From contig CAVQBA010000006.1 in the NCBI GenBank assembly GCA_963710605.1, forward strand, positions 96,001-160,000: a stretch of DNA of 64,000 bases, given 5' to 3'. Made by a program: the position numbers and the translations under genes. Source of the stretch: an uncultured cyanobacterium. Its GTDB lineage: Bacteria; Cyanobacteriota; Cyanobacteriia; Cyanobacteriales; Cyanobacteriaceae. The notes under the pieces were generated by a model. The model saw nothing but the letters and a program-made list of their open reading frames with translations. It did no database searches and was not told the DNA's origin. Positions within the stretch are counted from its first letter, which is position 1, and the number at the start of each line of letters is the position of its first letter. Shown one piece after another: positions 43,481 to 53,738 of this stretch.

Positions 43481-44086
43481 ATGAAAAAAAAGAACAAGAT
43501 TTGGAGAACTTTAGCCGTAGCTGTGATTAGTTTACCATTACAACTATTAATTACTCCTAAATCGATCGCTCAACGACAATTACCCCCAAATGTAGTGATT
43601 CAACTAATGTATGAAGGAATAGCTAATCTTCACGGTAATCGTGCTATTCCTCGTGTTTATAAACCAATTCGACCAGGAACAATCACACGATGCGGTAGAA
43701 TGATACCGGGTAATGCCGCTTATTGTAAATTAGACCACTCAATTTATATTAGTACTGATATGGTAAGAAGAGCTTACCGATACGGTGATGCGGCTTTAGC
43801 TTATATTGTCGGACATGAATATGCTCATGCGATGCAAAATGTTTATGGCTTTAATAACAGTAAGAGTGCTTTATCTGAACTACAAGCTGATTGCTTAGCT
43901 GGTTTTTATATGGCGGCAATACCTAATATAGTTTTCGATCGACGAGATATGCAAGAGATTCGTTCATTTGCTTACGATTTAGGTGATGAAAATGTTTGGT
44001 CAGAAGATCATCATGGTACACCCAGTCAAAGATTAAAAGCTGTTACTCTTGGTTTGACAAGCAAAAATATATCTGCTTGTTTTTAA
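43481..44086 (+). CDS. Secreted neutral zinc metallopeptidase (YpfJ-like)
   Basis: Signal peptide, NAAYC, HEYAH, ELQADCLAG, HGTPSQR. Confidence 0.85.
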   Translation: MKKKNKIWRTLAVAVISLPLQLLITPKSIAQRQLPPNVVIQLMYEGIANLHGNRAIPRVYKPIRPGTITRCGRMIPGNAAYCKLDHSIYISTDMVRRAYRYGDAALAYIVGHEYAHAMQNVYGFNNSKSALSELQADCLAGFYMAAIPNIVFDRRDMQEIRSFAYDLGDENVWSEDHHGTPSQRLKAVTLGLTSKNISACF

Positions 44087-44113
44087 GTTTCTAATTTGAA
44101 AATAATGACTAAA

Positions 44114-44161
44114 CAAAAAAAGAGAGTCAGTTAAGACTCTCCTCTTTCGTTCTTTTTTTTT
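44114..44161. terminator. Probable bidirectional intrinsic terminator
   Basis: A-tract, agagtc-agttaa-gactct hairpin, T-tract, between convergent genes. Confidence 0.6.
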
Positions 44162-44163
44162 AA

Positions 44164-44236
44164 TACCCCCAAGGGAATTCGAATCCCTGTCGCCTCCGTG
44201 AAAGGGAGGTGTCCTAGGCCTCTAGACGATGGGGGC
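44164..44236 (-). tRNA. trnE: tRNA-Glu (anticodon TTC), CCA not encoded
   Basis: Reverse complement GCCCCCATCGTCTAGAGGCCTAGGACACCTCCCTTTCACGGAGGCGACAGGGATTCGAATTCCCTTGGGGGTA. Confidence 0.98.
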
Positions 44237-44289
44237 TTAGGTATTTATGCTTACTGAGTTTTGTTTAACTTTTGTTAGGCACATTTATT

Positions 44290-44318
44290 AATATAACGAA
44301 CATTTTTTGAGTTGTCAA
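44290..44318 (-). promoter_or_regulatory. sigma70 promoter of tRNA-Glu
   Basis: TTGACA-N17-TATATT on the minus strand. Confidence 0.8.
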
Positions 44319-44488
44319 CAAAAATAACTTTTTTTCTGATTTATGCCCAAAATTACTGACCAAAAAAGAGGATTTGGAGTCCACATACCATAAAAATAGA
44401 TTGAACTTAAGGTATGGATGGTTTAACCATTCTCAACAATATCAACTTCCACTTTGAATACTTTTGTTGACTGACAAACATATTTTGT

Positions 44489-44701
44489 TTAATATGCTAA
44501 TGTCTCTAAGGTAGATCTTAAATATTGCTTAACTTGTTCTTCTACAGTTGTCTCAAGTTGATTTTCTTTTTGCCAACTTTTAAAGCCTGAGCTTTGAGAA
44601 ATAGCTTGTTGTAGGTTTTGCCAAATTTCTCGATCGTGCAACGCCGAGCTTTCAGCTCTATCACCGTTGGCTATGTTCGTCGAAGGAGTAGGTACAATCA
44701 T
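44489..44701 (-). CDS. Small conserved cyanobacterial protein
   Basis: IWQNLQQAISQSSGFKSW...YLRSTLETLAY. Confidence 0.75.
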   Translation of the reverse strand: MIVPTPSTNIANGDRAESSALHDREIWQNLQQAISQSSGFKSWQKENQLETTVEEQVKQYLRSTLETLAY

Positions 44702-44969
44702 AGGTATTTGTGAATAATTTATTTATGTTAACTAGAATAACCTAATTCTAACTTTTATGATTGTGTTCTCAAATACACATTTTTGAAAATATCGATCGTA
44801 TATCAATATATTGACTTAAATCGATCGTGATTTTGCTCTTGATATATTATTGATTAAATACCTTAAAATACAAATGTATTAAAAAGTTTGACGAGATCAA
44901 TTTTTCATTATTTACTTTTAGGTTCAAACTGTTAGTTAGGTAGATAATATATTCAGCGGCAATATTTAT

Positions 44970-45015
44970 CTTCAATATTGCATAAATTCTAGTTTGCGTC
45001 GGGAAGAATAATTAA
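44970..45015 (+). promoter_or_regulatory. Repeated leader motif, copy 1 (46 bp identical to 49568-49613; diverged copy at 45557-45596)
   Basis: cttcaatattgcataaattctagtttgcgtcgggaagaataattaa, ~24 nt before the ATG in each case. Confidence 0.8.
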
Positions 45016-45039
45016 GGTTAATTCAAAAATTGAAGATTA

Positions 45040-45480
45040 ATGAGTGATATCGAACAACAAAGAAAGGAAGCCCAAGACGAAACAACTCCACCAAAACAAT
45101 TACAAGAGTTATCGGTGTCACCTGATTCTCTAACTCGTCAATATGTAGCTCAAAATCCCAATACACCGACACAAACTCTTCTAAATTCAAGCGATGAATT
45201 TCCTCAACAAGTCTTAAATAACGATGTTATTCCTTTACTTTTAATTGAAACTCCTCAGCTTTTTTCTTGTCCATTTCGTTTCGATTTGGTACACGTAATT
45301 CGTGTTACCAGTCGGTTGATGAAATGTTTAGGATGGACAGTCGAAGACGGAAAACTGTATTTAATGCAAACCTATGGCCAAAAATCTCGAAATTTACTTT
45401 CTGATGAGCAGTTATTAGAATTTATGAGGATGCTTCAAAATCTCAAAGATAGTCAACAAAATAATAATACCTGTTCGTAG
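45040..45480 (+). CDS. LRV (leucine-rich variant) repeat protein with an unrelated C-terminal domain
   Basis: EAQDETTPPKQLQEL, VAQNPNTP; C-terminal LGWTVEDGKLYLMQTYGQKSRNLLSDEQLLEF. Confidence 0.75.
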   Translation: MSDIEQQRKEAQDETTPPKQLQELSVSPDSLTRQYVAQNPNTPTQTLLNSSDEFPQQVLNNDVIPLLLIETPQLFSCPFRFDLVHVIRVTSRLMKCLGWTVEDGKLYLMQTYGQKSRNLLSDEQLLEFMRMLQNLKDSQQNNNTCS

Positions 45481-45620
45481 TAACTCCTTAGTCATTGTCT
45501 TCGTTAAAAAAGAAAGCCTAAAGGCTTAACTACAAACTTTCTTGTAAAAGTTTAGATGTTGCATAAAATATTATTTAGCTCAGGAAGAATAATTAAAGTT
45601 AATAAAAAAATAGAAGATTA

Positions 45621-47351
45621 ATGAACGATATCGAACAGGTAAAAAAACTAATTACACAGCCAAAACTAAGTCTTTTTTCTGAACAATTACGAGAAATTGC
45701 TCAAAACCCTAATACTTCTGCTGAGATATTTACTCTATTAGTTGAAGAATTTAATAAAACAAATAGTTTATTTTATCAAGAAATTACGAAGTCGATCGCT
45801 CTCAATCCTAATATACCTAGCGAACTTCTTGAAAAACTACTGATGTATCATTCCGTTGAGGTATTGAATAACCCGACTATTTTGAGGAGATTAAAAGAGC
45901 AACCCAATTTACTTTATTTGCTCGAAACAAATTATTCTAGGGTTAAAACTCTAATTGAATATAATTATGATGTACCTAACTGGTTTCTAGAAAGATTAAC
46001 TAATTTAAAAAACTTTACCGTTAAAAAAGAATTCGATCGAGAAATTACTACTATAGCCCAACAAATATTAGAGGCAAAAAACGAAAGTACACCACCAGCA
46101 AAATTGGTAGAATTAGGTGAAAAATCAACTTTTAGTATTCGTCGATTTGTTGCTCTCAATCCTAACACACTTGTCGATACTTTGATTGAAGTAGCTTATG
46201 CTTTTCCTAAAGAAGTATTAAATAATCCTGTTTTTGATTTATTAATTTTAGAGGATGCAGATTTCATTAAAAGAATACCGCCCGAGACTTTTATCGAATT
46301 ACTTTGTCAAGAAGAAATGACATCTAGTTTTCTTGCTTTAGCGATTGAACATCCTGAAGATAGAGTAAAATCTCATATAGCAATAGATCCTGCAACATCA
46401 CCTAAAACATTACAAAGATTATTAGAAAACATCTTAGCAGGAAAAGGTTCGCTTTCATTATCTAGGTCAATTGCTAATAATCCGAATATATCCACTGAAA
46501 CATTACAATTGTTAACCGATCGAAGTAAAGATGTAACTTTGGCTAAACATACAATTTATTGTTCTAAGATTAAAATTCCTACTGAAACGATCGAACAATT
46601 GATTGAAAATGGGGATGAAAAATTACTTGAAGCGATCGCACTTAATCCTAATACTCCAACACATATAATAGAAAATTTATGTTCTTCTTATATAAATAAA
46701 AGCTATACAAATAAAAATTACAAAATTATTTATGCAATTTCTCAAAACCCGAAGACAAATAGTCAAATTTTAGAATCGATAACTAATAAATATATTTCAG
46801 ATAATAACCCGCATTTAGTTAGAGATTTATTACTGAATATTGCTAGTCATGATAATGCTTCTTCACAAACTCTTGAAAGGTTAGCAGATTATCCCGATGA
46901 GTGGGCAACTGAAGCTGTTGCGGTAAATTCTAATGTTTCTGAAAAAACGATCGAGAAAATACTAATAAAAGTTGTTAATTCATTATTTGCTCAAAAATCT
47001 CAAGAAGAAAAACTAGCTTTATTGGTTTTAGCATTTGATGAATTGCAAAAAGCAAAAAATACTCAAACATCTATCTCTTTATTGGAACAATATACTAAAC
47101 ATCGCTGGCGTGCAATTCGTTTGGCAGTTGCTAAAAATCCGAGTACGCCTGATTCTATACTTCAACAACTGGCTAACGATGGATATCCTAAGGTTGCTGA
47201 ATGGGTTGCCAAACATCCGAATTGTTCTAGCTACACTTTAGACATTCTCAATCAATACCCTGCAACTTACATACACCAGATAGCCTTAAAACATCCTAAC
47301 ATCTCAAGACTAACCAAACAAAGATCTTACAGTGGAAAATCATATACATAA
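45621..47351 (+). CDS. LRV/HEAT-repeat protein
   Basis: Many (I/V)AxNPNT repeats. Confidence 0.85.
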   Translation: MNDIEQVKKLITQPKLSLFSEQLREIAQNPNTSAEIFTLLVEEFNKTNSLFYQEITKSIALNPNIPSELLEKLLMYHSVEVLNNPTILRRLKEQPNLLYLLETNYSRVKTLIEYNYDVPNWFLERLTNLKNFTVKKEFDREITTIAQQILEAKNESTPPAKLVELGEKSTFSIRRFVALNPNTLVDTLIEVAYAFPKEVLNNPVFDLLILEDADFIKRIPPETFIELLCQEEMTSSFLALAIEHPEDRVKSHIAIDPATSPKTLQRLLENILAGKGSLSLSRSIANNPNISTETLQLLTDRSKDVTLAKHTIYCSKIKIPTETIEQLIENGDEKLLEAIALNPNTPTHIIENLCSSYINKSYTNKNYKIIYAISQNPKTNSQILESITNKYISDNNPHLVRDLLLNIASHDNASSQTLERLADYPDEWATEAVAVNSNVSEKTIEKILIKVVNSLFAQKSQEEKLALLVLAFDELQKAKNTQTSISLLEQYTKHRWRAIRLAVAKNPSTPDSILQQLANDGYPKVAEWVAKHPNCSSYTLDILNQYPATYIHQIALKHPNISRLTKQRSYSGKSYT

Positions 47352-47372
47352 ATCAAATTAGACATAAAAGTA

Positions 47373-49409
47373 ATGAATATCGAACAACAAATAAAAGAAG
47401 CTCAAGACGAAACAACGCCACCAGAAAGATTACGAGAGTTAGCAGTTTCCTCTAATTATCTTGTTCTTGAAAGTATAGTCAAAAATCCTAATATACCACC
47501 TGACGTTATACAAAATTTGGCTGGGCAGTTTCCTCAACAAGTTTTTGAGAATCCTGCTTTAGAATTATTATTATTAGAAACTCCCGATTTACTTTTTAAA
47601 ATAAACTCTTACTCTCTCCAAACAATAGCCCAAACAACTACTTGTGTTAAAACTCTAGCGATATTAGCTAGAAATGAAGATGACAGAGTTCGTGGGTATG
47701 TAGCACGAAACCCAAAGATAACGATCGAAATTTTAGAAAAATTGGCTCTCGATACAGGTACGAATATCAGACAAGCAGTAGCAATAAACCCTCGTACTTC
47801 GGTTAAATTATTACAACAATTAGCTTTCGATGCAGATTTTCATGTCAGAGAAGCTGTAGCACAAAACCCTCATATTTCAATTGAATTATTACAACAACTA
47901 GCTCTCGATTCTAGCGGTTGGGTAAAAGGTTATGTTGTCAGCAATCCTAAAATTCCAATTGAATTATTACAACAACTAGCTTTTGATACTAATGCCGATG
48001 TCAGACAAGTAGTAGTATATAACCCCAAGGCAACACCCAAAATTTTAGAAAAATTGGCTCTTGATACAGATGCGGGTGTCAGACAAAGAGTCGCACAAAA
48101 TCCTCAGACAACAACTGAAATCTTAGAAAAATTAGCTCTTGATTGGAATTATAAAGTCAGACAAATAGTTGCACGAAACCCTCAGATAACGCCTGAAATA
48201 TCCAAAAAATTGGCTCTCGATGGGAATCATAAAGTAAGAAAAGCAATAGCACGAAATCCTTATATTTCAATTAAAATCTTACAACAAATAGCTCTTAAAC
48301 CTTTGCAAGACTCAACAATACCAGTAAAAGTAGCGATTAATTTTCAGACCTCAACTGATATATTAGAACTACTAGCTAGGTATTACAGTCAACGTGTAAG
48401 ACAAATGGTAGCAAGAAATCTTAAGACACCAATAAAAACCTTACAACAACTAGCTCTCGATTCGGATTGTGTAATAAGAAAAGAGGTGGCTTTCAATCCT
48501 CATACTCCAAGTAAAACCTTAATAAAATTGGCTCGTGATTCTGAGGCGAAAATTAGAGAAATCATTGCTCTGAATCCTAATACTTCAACTGAAATCTTAA
48601 AAAAATTGGCTCGTGATTCTGAGAAACAAATAAGGGAAATCGTCGCACTTAATTCTAATATCACGATCGATATTTTACAACAATTAGCTCGTGATTCTGA
48701 ACATACAGTCAAAGTTGCTGTAGCGTTACATTCAAAAACAACGATCGATACTTTACAACAATTAGCAGATGATTTGCATTATAGAGTAAGAGTAGCGGTG
48801 GCTAGAAATTCTAATACCACAACCCAAATATTGGAACAATTAGCAGATGATTATCACGAGCGAGTAAGAATGGCTGTTGTTAAAAATTCTAATACAGCGA
48901 TCGAAATATTAGAAAAATTAGCTAATGATTCTGATAGTGGAGTAAGAATTGCTATTACCCGAAATCTTAATAAGCCGATAGCTTTCGATTCTGATTATGA
49001 GGTAAAATATACACTTACAAAAAATACTTTGACCACAAGTCAAATGTTACAACAAGCGGCTAAACATAGTAGCTATGAAGTGAGGATTGAAATTGCTAAA
49101 AATCCAAACGTCACGCTAAAAATATTAAAACAACTAATCTCAGAACAATTAGCTGAAGATCGTTATGGTAAAGTTAAAACGCAAGTGGCACAACATCCGC
49201 TCACAACAGTAGAAATGTTAGAAACATTAGCAAATGATTATCATAGCGGAGTAAGAAAAGCTGTCGCCAGAAATCCTAACACACCGATCGAAATATTACA
49301 AGCATTATCTGGGGATGAAATTGCTTATGTAAGTAAACACGCTGAAGCTAATTTCTTTCGATTAATTATGATTAAGAAAAATGTTTGTTCGTCTAATACT
49401 ATAAGTTGA
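47373..49409 (+). CDS. LRV/HEAT-repeat protein with regular ~24-aa repeats
   Basis: LxQLAxDxxxxVRxxVAxNP repeated about 20 times. Confidence 0.88.
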   Translation: MNIEQQIKEAQDETTPPERLRELAVSSNYLVLESIVKNPNIPPDVIQNLAGQFPQQVFENPALELLLLETPDLLFKINSYSLQTIAQTTTCVKTLAILARNEDDRVRGYVARNPKITIEILEKLALDTGTNIRQAVAINPRTSVKLLQQLAFDADFHVREAVAQNPHISIELLQQLALDSSGWVKGYVVSNPKIPIELLQQLAFDTNADVRQVVVYNPKATPKILEKLALDTDAGVRQRVAQNPQTTTEILEKLALDWNYKVRQIVARNPQITPEISKKLALDGNHKVRKAIARNPYISIKILQQIALKPLQDSTIPVKVAINFQTSTDILELLARYYSQRVRQMVARNLKTPIKTLQQLALDSDCVIRKEVAFNPHTPSKTLIKLARDSEAKIREIIALNPNTSTEILKKLARDSEKQIREIVALNSNITIDILQQLARDSEHTVKVAVALHSKTTIDTLQQLADDLHYRVRVAVARNSNTTTQILEQLADDYHERVRMAVVKNSNTAIEILEKLANDSDSGVRIAITRNLNKPIAFDSDYEVKYTLTKNTLTTSQMLQQAAKHSSYEVRIEIAKNPNVTLKILKQLISEQLAEDRYGKVKTQVAQHPLTTVEMLETLANDYHSGVRKAVARNPNTPIEILQALSGDEIAYVSKHAEANFFRLIMIKKNVCSSNTIS

Positions 49410-49567
49410 AGCTACTTTTGATTGATTTTATTTTATGTCGGTTTTGTCATTAAAAATAAGGCATAAATATTTATAACTATAGTCGATCGATCGTATGACT
49501 TAACTTTTAAATTGTAAGTTAGACTGACTCGATCGATCACAATTAAAAAATTTGTCGGCAACATCTA

Positions 49568-49613
49568 CTTCAATATTGCATAAATTCTAGTTTGCGTCGG
49601 GAAGAATAATTAA
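49568..49613 (+). promoter_or_regulatory. Repeated leader motif, identical copy
   Basis: 46/46 identical to 44970-45015. Confidence 0.8.
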
Positions 49614-49636
49614 AGTCGATCGAAAACTGAAAATTA

Positions 49637-50947
49637 ATGATAAATATCGAACAACAAAGAAACGAAGCACAAAATGAAAGCATATCACCACAAAGATTAC
49701 GAGAGTTAGCAGTCTCAGAAGACTTTCTTACCCTTGAACATATAGTTAAAAATCCTAATGTACCACCTGATGTATTACAAAATTTAGCCGGACAATTTTC
49801 CGAACAGACTTTTAAGAATCCTGCGATCGATTTATTGTTACTAGCAAACCCTGATTTACTCTCTGGAATTAGCTCTGACTCTCTTGAAACAATCGCTCAA
49901 ACAACGGCTTCAACTAATATTCTGGCTGTATTAGCAAGAAATCAGCATTGGAGAGTTCGTTGGGGAGTAGCAAAAAATCCAGAGACGACAATAGAAATCT
50001 TAAAACAATTAGCTCAAGATTTTAATCCTTATTCAAGACAAGAAGTAGCAAAAAATCCAAAAATTGATGAAGAAATAATTACAAAAATTCTTTTTTACAA
50101 ACATTCTATTGAAGAACTTAACGCTACTCATACGAAAGGAAAACGACCTATTACACTAACTATAGATGATAAAGAATATCTAATTGAACCATGTGCCAGT
50201 TTACATCTAGATGATAATCCTCTGGGTAATGTTGCTAGTAATCCTAATTTATCTTTAGATATTATTGAGCAGTTAGTGTCAAACATACTTAAAATATTAG
50301 AATGGGCATGGGGTATAAATTTTGTTACAGGTATTGTTTCAAATCCAAATATTCGTGTTTCTACATTAAGATGGTTATCAGGAGAAGAATATTTAAAAAT
50401 TCACAATGATGCTGTATTTGAATATCATATAAATAGTCTTGCATCTTATAAAGCTAACTGCGATCCTTTTCTGAAAAAAAAATCATATCAAGAAATTGTT
50501 AGTTATCTAAAAAAAGATTGGAGCGTACAAGAAGGTGCTAGTAATTCTGCGATGAGATTAATTGGTCAATTATACTGGGCAATTGTACAAAATCCAACCA
50601 CTCCCGAAGATTTAAAATCTGATTTATTACTTAAATTAACCAGCGATAAGATAATCGTTTCAGAAGTTCGTTATCACATTGCTAAATCTTTGGATGTACC
50701 AGTAGAAATCCTTAGAAGATTAGCAAAAGTCGATCCTCATCCTCATAAAGCATTGGCGGAAAATCCTCATACTCCTAGTGATGTTTTAGGACAACTAGCA
50801 AATCATAAAGATAGTGATATGCGTAAAAAAGTGGTACAACATCCTAGTACCTTACCTGAAACCTTAGAAAAATTGTCTGAAGACGAAGATGAACAAGTTA
50901 GTAAAGCGGCAAAAGCTAATATTTCCAGATTAAAACTTGCAAACTAG
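49637..50947 (+). CDS. LRV/HEAT-repeat protein
   Basis: First ~125 aa paralogous to 47373..49409; NP-type repeats; unique central region. Confidence 0.85.
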   Translation: MINIEQQRNEAQNESISPQRLRELAVSEDFLTLEHIVKNPNVPPDVLQNLAGQFSEQTFKNPAIDLLLLANPDLLSGISSDSLETIAQTTASTNILAVLARNQHWRVRWGVAKNPETTIEILKQLAQDFNPYSRQEVAKNPKIDEEIITKILFYKHSIEELNATHTKGKRPITLTIDDKEYLIEPCASLHLDDNPLGNVASNPNLSLDIIEQLVSNILKILEWAWGINFVTGIVSNPNIRVSTLRWLSGEEYLKIHNDAVFEYHINSLASYKANCDPFLKKKSYQEIVSYLKKDWSVQEGASNSAMRLIGQLYWAIVQNPTTPEDLKSDLLLKLTSDKIIVSEVRYHIAKSLDVPVEILRRLAKVDPHPHKALAENPHTPSDVLGQLANHKDSDMRKKVVQHPSTLPETLEKLSEDEDEQVSKAAKANISRLKLAN

Positions 50948-51114
50948 TTTAATCCCTACAATTGCATGATCAGTGATTTTGAAGTTCATGTCAATGAACG
51001 GATTCTATTAGCCTTGCAATGATAATTCAAGGCGGAATATAAGAATAACAGAATTAATTACGTTAACACCAAATAAAGAAAGCCTAAAGGCTTAACTACA
51101 AACTTTTTTTAACC

Positions 51115-52117
51115 ATGACACCGACACAACTTAAAAAATATCTTAATAAACTCGTTAGCCAAAACATCAAAATTAGTACCATGATTTGGGGTGCACCCGG
51201 TATTGGTAAATCTAGCATCGTATCTCAAATCACCGAGCAACACGATATTGATTTTGTCGATGTTCGTCTTTCTCAACTCGCCCCTACAGATTTACGTGGT
51301 TTACCTGTCGCTGAAGATGGTATTTCTAAATGGTTTCCTCCTGAATTTTTGCCTAGAGAAGGTAAAGGTATCCTTTTTATGGATGAATTAAATATGGCAC
51401 CTCCAGCTTTACAAGGGGTTGCTCAACAACTTAATTTTAGACAGATGTGTTGGTAGTTATAAAGTCCCCGAAAACTGGTTTGTCTGGGCGGCGGGAAATC
51501 GCAAAGAAGATAGGGCGGCGGTATTCGAGATGCCTGCACCTTTAGCTAATCGTTTTTTACATCTTAAGGTAGAGGCTGATTTTGAGAGTTTTAAAATTTA
51601 TGCTTTAGAAAAACAAATACACGAACAAGTAATTGCTTTTTTATCATTTCGATCGACATTATTACACAAACTCGACCCCCAACAACCTGCATGGTGTTCA
51701 CCTCGCTCTTGGGTGATGGCAAGTCAACTTCATTATGTCGGTTTACCGATCGCTTCTGCGGTAGGAGAAGGTGCGCAAGCTGAATTTAATGCTTTTGTCA
51801 CTCTTTACGAAACTCTACCTAATTTAAGCCCTATTTTAGAAGGAAAAGGAAGCTCTATTAAATTTCCGAGTGAGCCATCAGTAAGATATGCTACCACCAC
51901 TGGTTTGACAGTTAGAGCTGAAAATGCAAATCAAGCCTATAATGCCTTTAATTGGCTTAGCGAAAAAGCGACTGCTGAATGGGTACAGTTGTTTGCAGTG
52001 GATATGTTCCGTCAAATGCGTAATAAGGGGCAAATGGGAGCATTAGCGAAGTTAGTTAAGCAAGATAGTCAATTACAAAAGTTCTTGAAAGATTTCCAAG
52101 AGTTAATTGGATTTTAA
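51115..52117 (+). CDS. MoxR-like AAA+ ATPase (AAA_5 type); apparent frameshift near 51430
   Basis: WGAPGIGKS, PTDLRGLP, ILFMDELN, AAGNR, PLANRF, SPRSW. Confidence 0.87.
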
Positions 52118-52139
52118 ATTAATTGATAATTGACAATTG

Positions 52140-52495
52140 TACCAAATCTAAAAAATATTACGATAGATTTATCCCCCCAACCCCCATCCCCCTCTATCCC
52201 CCTTCGCAAGGGGGAGGATGCAAGGATGCTTCGCTTTTATTTTTTGGGGCTTATAAGCTATAAGTGTAGTTTTAATTATTGAAAATCGTCTTAGAGATAA
52301 AAAATTAACTAGTAAAGGTAAAGGTGTGTTTATACTTTTATCGTTCATCTTTCATTTTTGTTTAGTTGGGTTTCGTCTTTTTGGTATATAGCGATTTGTA
52401 TTTCAATATTGTCATAACTCAACCCAACCTACTGATTACTTTATCTTCCCCCAGAGTTGGGGGATTGAGGGGGCAGAGGTTTGAATTTGGTATTA
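52140..52495. repeat. Cluster of REP/MITE-like elements
   Basis: cccccttcgcaaggggg hairpin; gttgggtttcg...ctcaacccaacctac (also at 32279-32345); cccccagagttgggggattgaggggg. Confidence 0.7.
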
Positions 52496-52504
52496 ATTAC
52501 GAAT

Positions 52505-53407
52505 TCACAAAGCATCAATTTTAGCTAAAAATTCTTGAGTGAGTTGATAAAATGCTTTTGAGCCATTTGATTTAGGTGTAGTTAAAACAACGGGCATAAA
52601 TAAATCAACGGCTTTAGCAACATTAACATCCATGGGAATATCTGAGCTAAACATTTGATCGATCGAAAAATCTTGTTTAATTCTACGTTTAACTTGATCA
52701 TAATATTTATCATAACGACCAAATAAACCTGCTTCTGAGAGAATAAAAACAATCCCTAACAATTGTAAATTTAATGGTTTGTCTTCTTGATGACTTTTTT
52801 TAAGTTTTTTGACTCTTCTTTCTAAAAGCTGAATACCTACCAAAGAAAGAGGTTCGGGGCGAGCGGGTAAAAGATAAAAATCACTAGCGGCGATCGCACT
52901 ACGAGTTAATAGATTATAACCGGGCGCACAATCCATGATTACAAAATCATAATAATCAACAACAGGTTGTAAAATATCGTAAATTAAAAATCGTTCAAAA
53001 TTATTCCAAACAGATTCAAAATTTTCGGTTTTCTCCTCATCAACTGCTTTTTGATGTAGCATCTCGGAGACTAAGTATTCATCATATAATTCAATATCGC
53101 CGGGTAATAGTTCTAAATTACTCAAGCCACAAATAGAAGGAGTAATCAAATCTCCGATATTTAATTTAGCATAAGGATTAGGTTTGATGGCTAAATCTAG
53201 TAGATAACTTAAAGTCTTGCGTTTTTTACGTAACTTTCCAAACTCGTGAGGCGGTAGCAAACTTAAAGTGGCACTAATTTGAGCATCTAAATCTAGTACT
53301 AATACTTTTTTGCCAAAATTTTTCGCTAAAGAAGTGGCTAAATTAACAGTGAGGGTGGTTTTGCCCACTCCTCCTTTCATATTAACTGTACTGATAATAT
53401 ATCCCAT
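52505..53407 (-). CDS. ParA/MinD-family ATPase
   Basis: NMKGGVGKTT, DLDAQ, MDCAPG; start taken at MGYIIS. Confidence 0.9.
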   Translation of the reverse strand: MGYIISTVNMKGGVGKTTLTVNLATSLAKNFGKKVLVLDLDAQISATLSLLPPHEFGKLRKKRKTLSYLLDLAIKPNPYAKLNIGDLITPSICGLSNLELLPGDIELYDEYLVSEMLHQKAVDEEKTENFESVWNNFERFLIYDILQPVVDYYDFVIMDCAPGYNLLTRSAIAASDFYLLPARPEPLSLVGIQLLERRVKKLKKSHQEDKPLNLQLLGIVFILSEAGLFGRYDKYYDQVKRRIKQDFSIDQMFSSDIPMDVNVAKAVDLFMPVVLTTPKSNGSKAFYQLTQEFLAKIDAL

Positions 53408-53738
53408 AATCTGATAAATCTTGATATGATAGCAATGAATAATAAGCAAGTTCCTAATCAAGTTTATAACTGTATGTCGCACTCGCTAAAACCTAATTGT
53501 AAAATTGTGTCGATGATGACGCTTTTATCGATCGATTACTATTAGAATATGTTGGTCTTTTAAAGACAAATACTGACCAATAAATGCGATCGTAATATTA
53601 CTTAAAAAACTAATTATAATAGTTAGTTATTATTACCTAACTTTAGATAAAAACGGATCGAACTAAAGTAAATAACGGGTATATTAAAAAATAAGGTAAA
53701 TACTTGGCTGATTGCATGAATAACTAATATTGTATTGA

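Noticed and set aside
44164-44236. tRNA-Glu as an integration site for the LRV block
   Set aside because: I saw no integrase or duplicated tRNA 3' end, and the block lies on the tRNA's 5' side.
957-51391. Short antisense or overlapping ORFs in the track (e.g. 957, 3900, 5193, 8150, 10848, 13349, 14346, 20859, 36203, 40502, 45965, 47035, 48500, 51191)
   Set aside because: They are shadow frames of well-supported genes.
52505-53407. Plasmid or prophage partition locus
   Set aside because: No parB or replication gene is adjacent; orphan ParA-family genes are common on cyanobacterial chromosomes.
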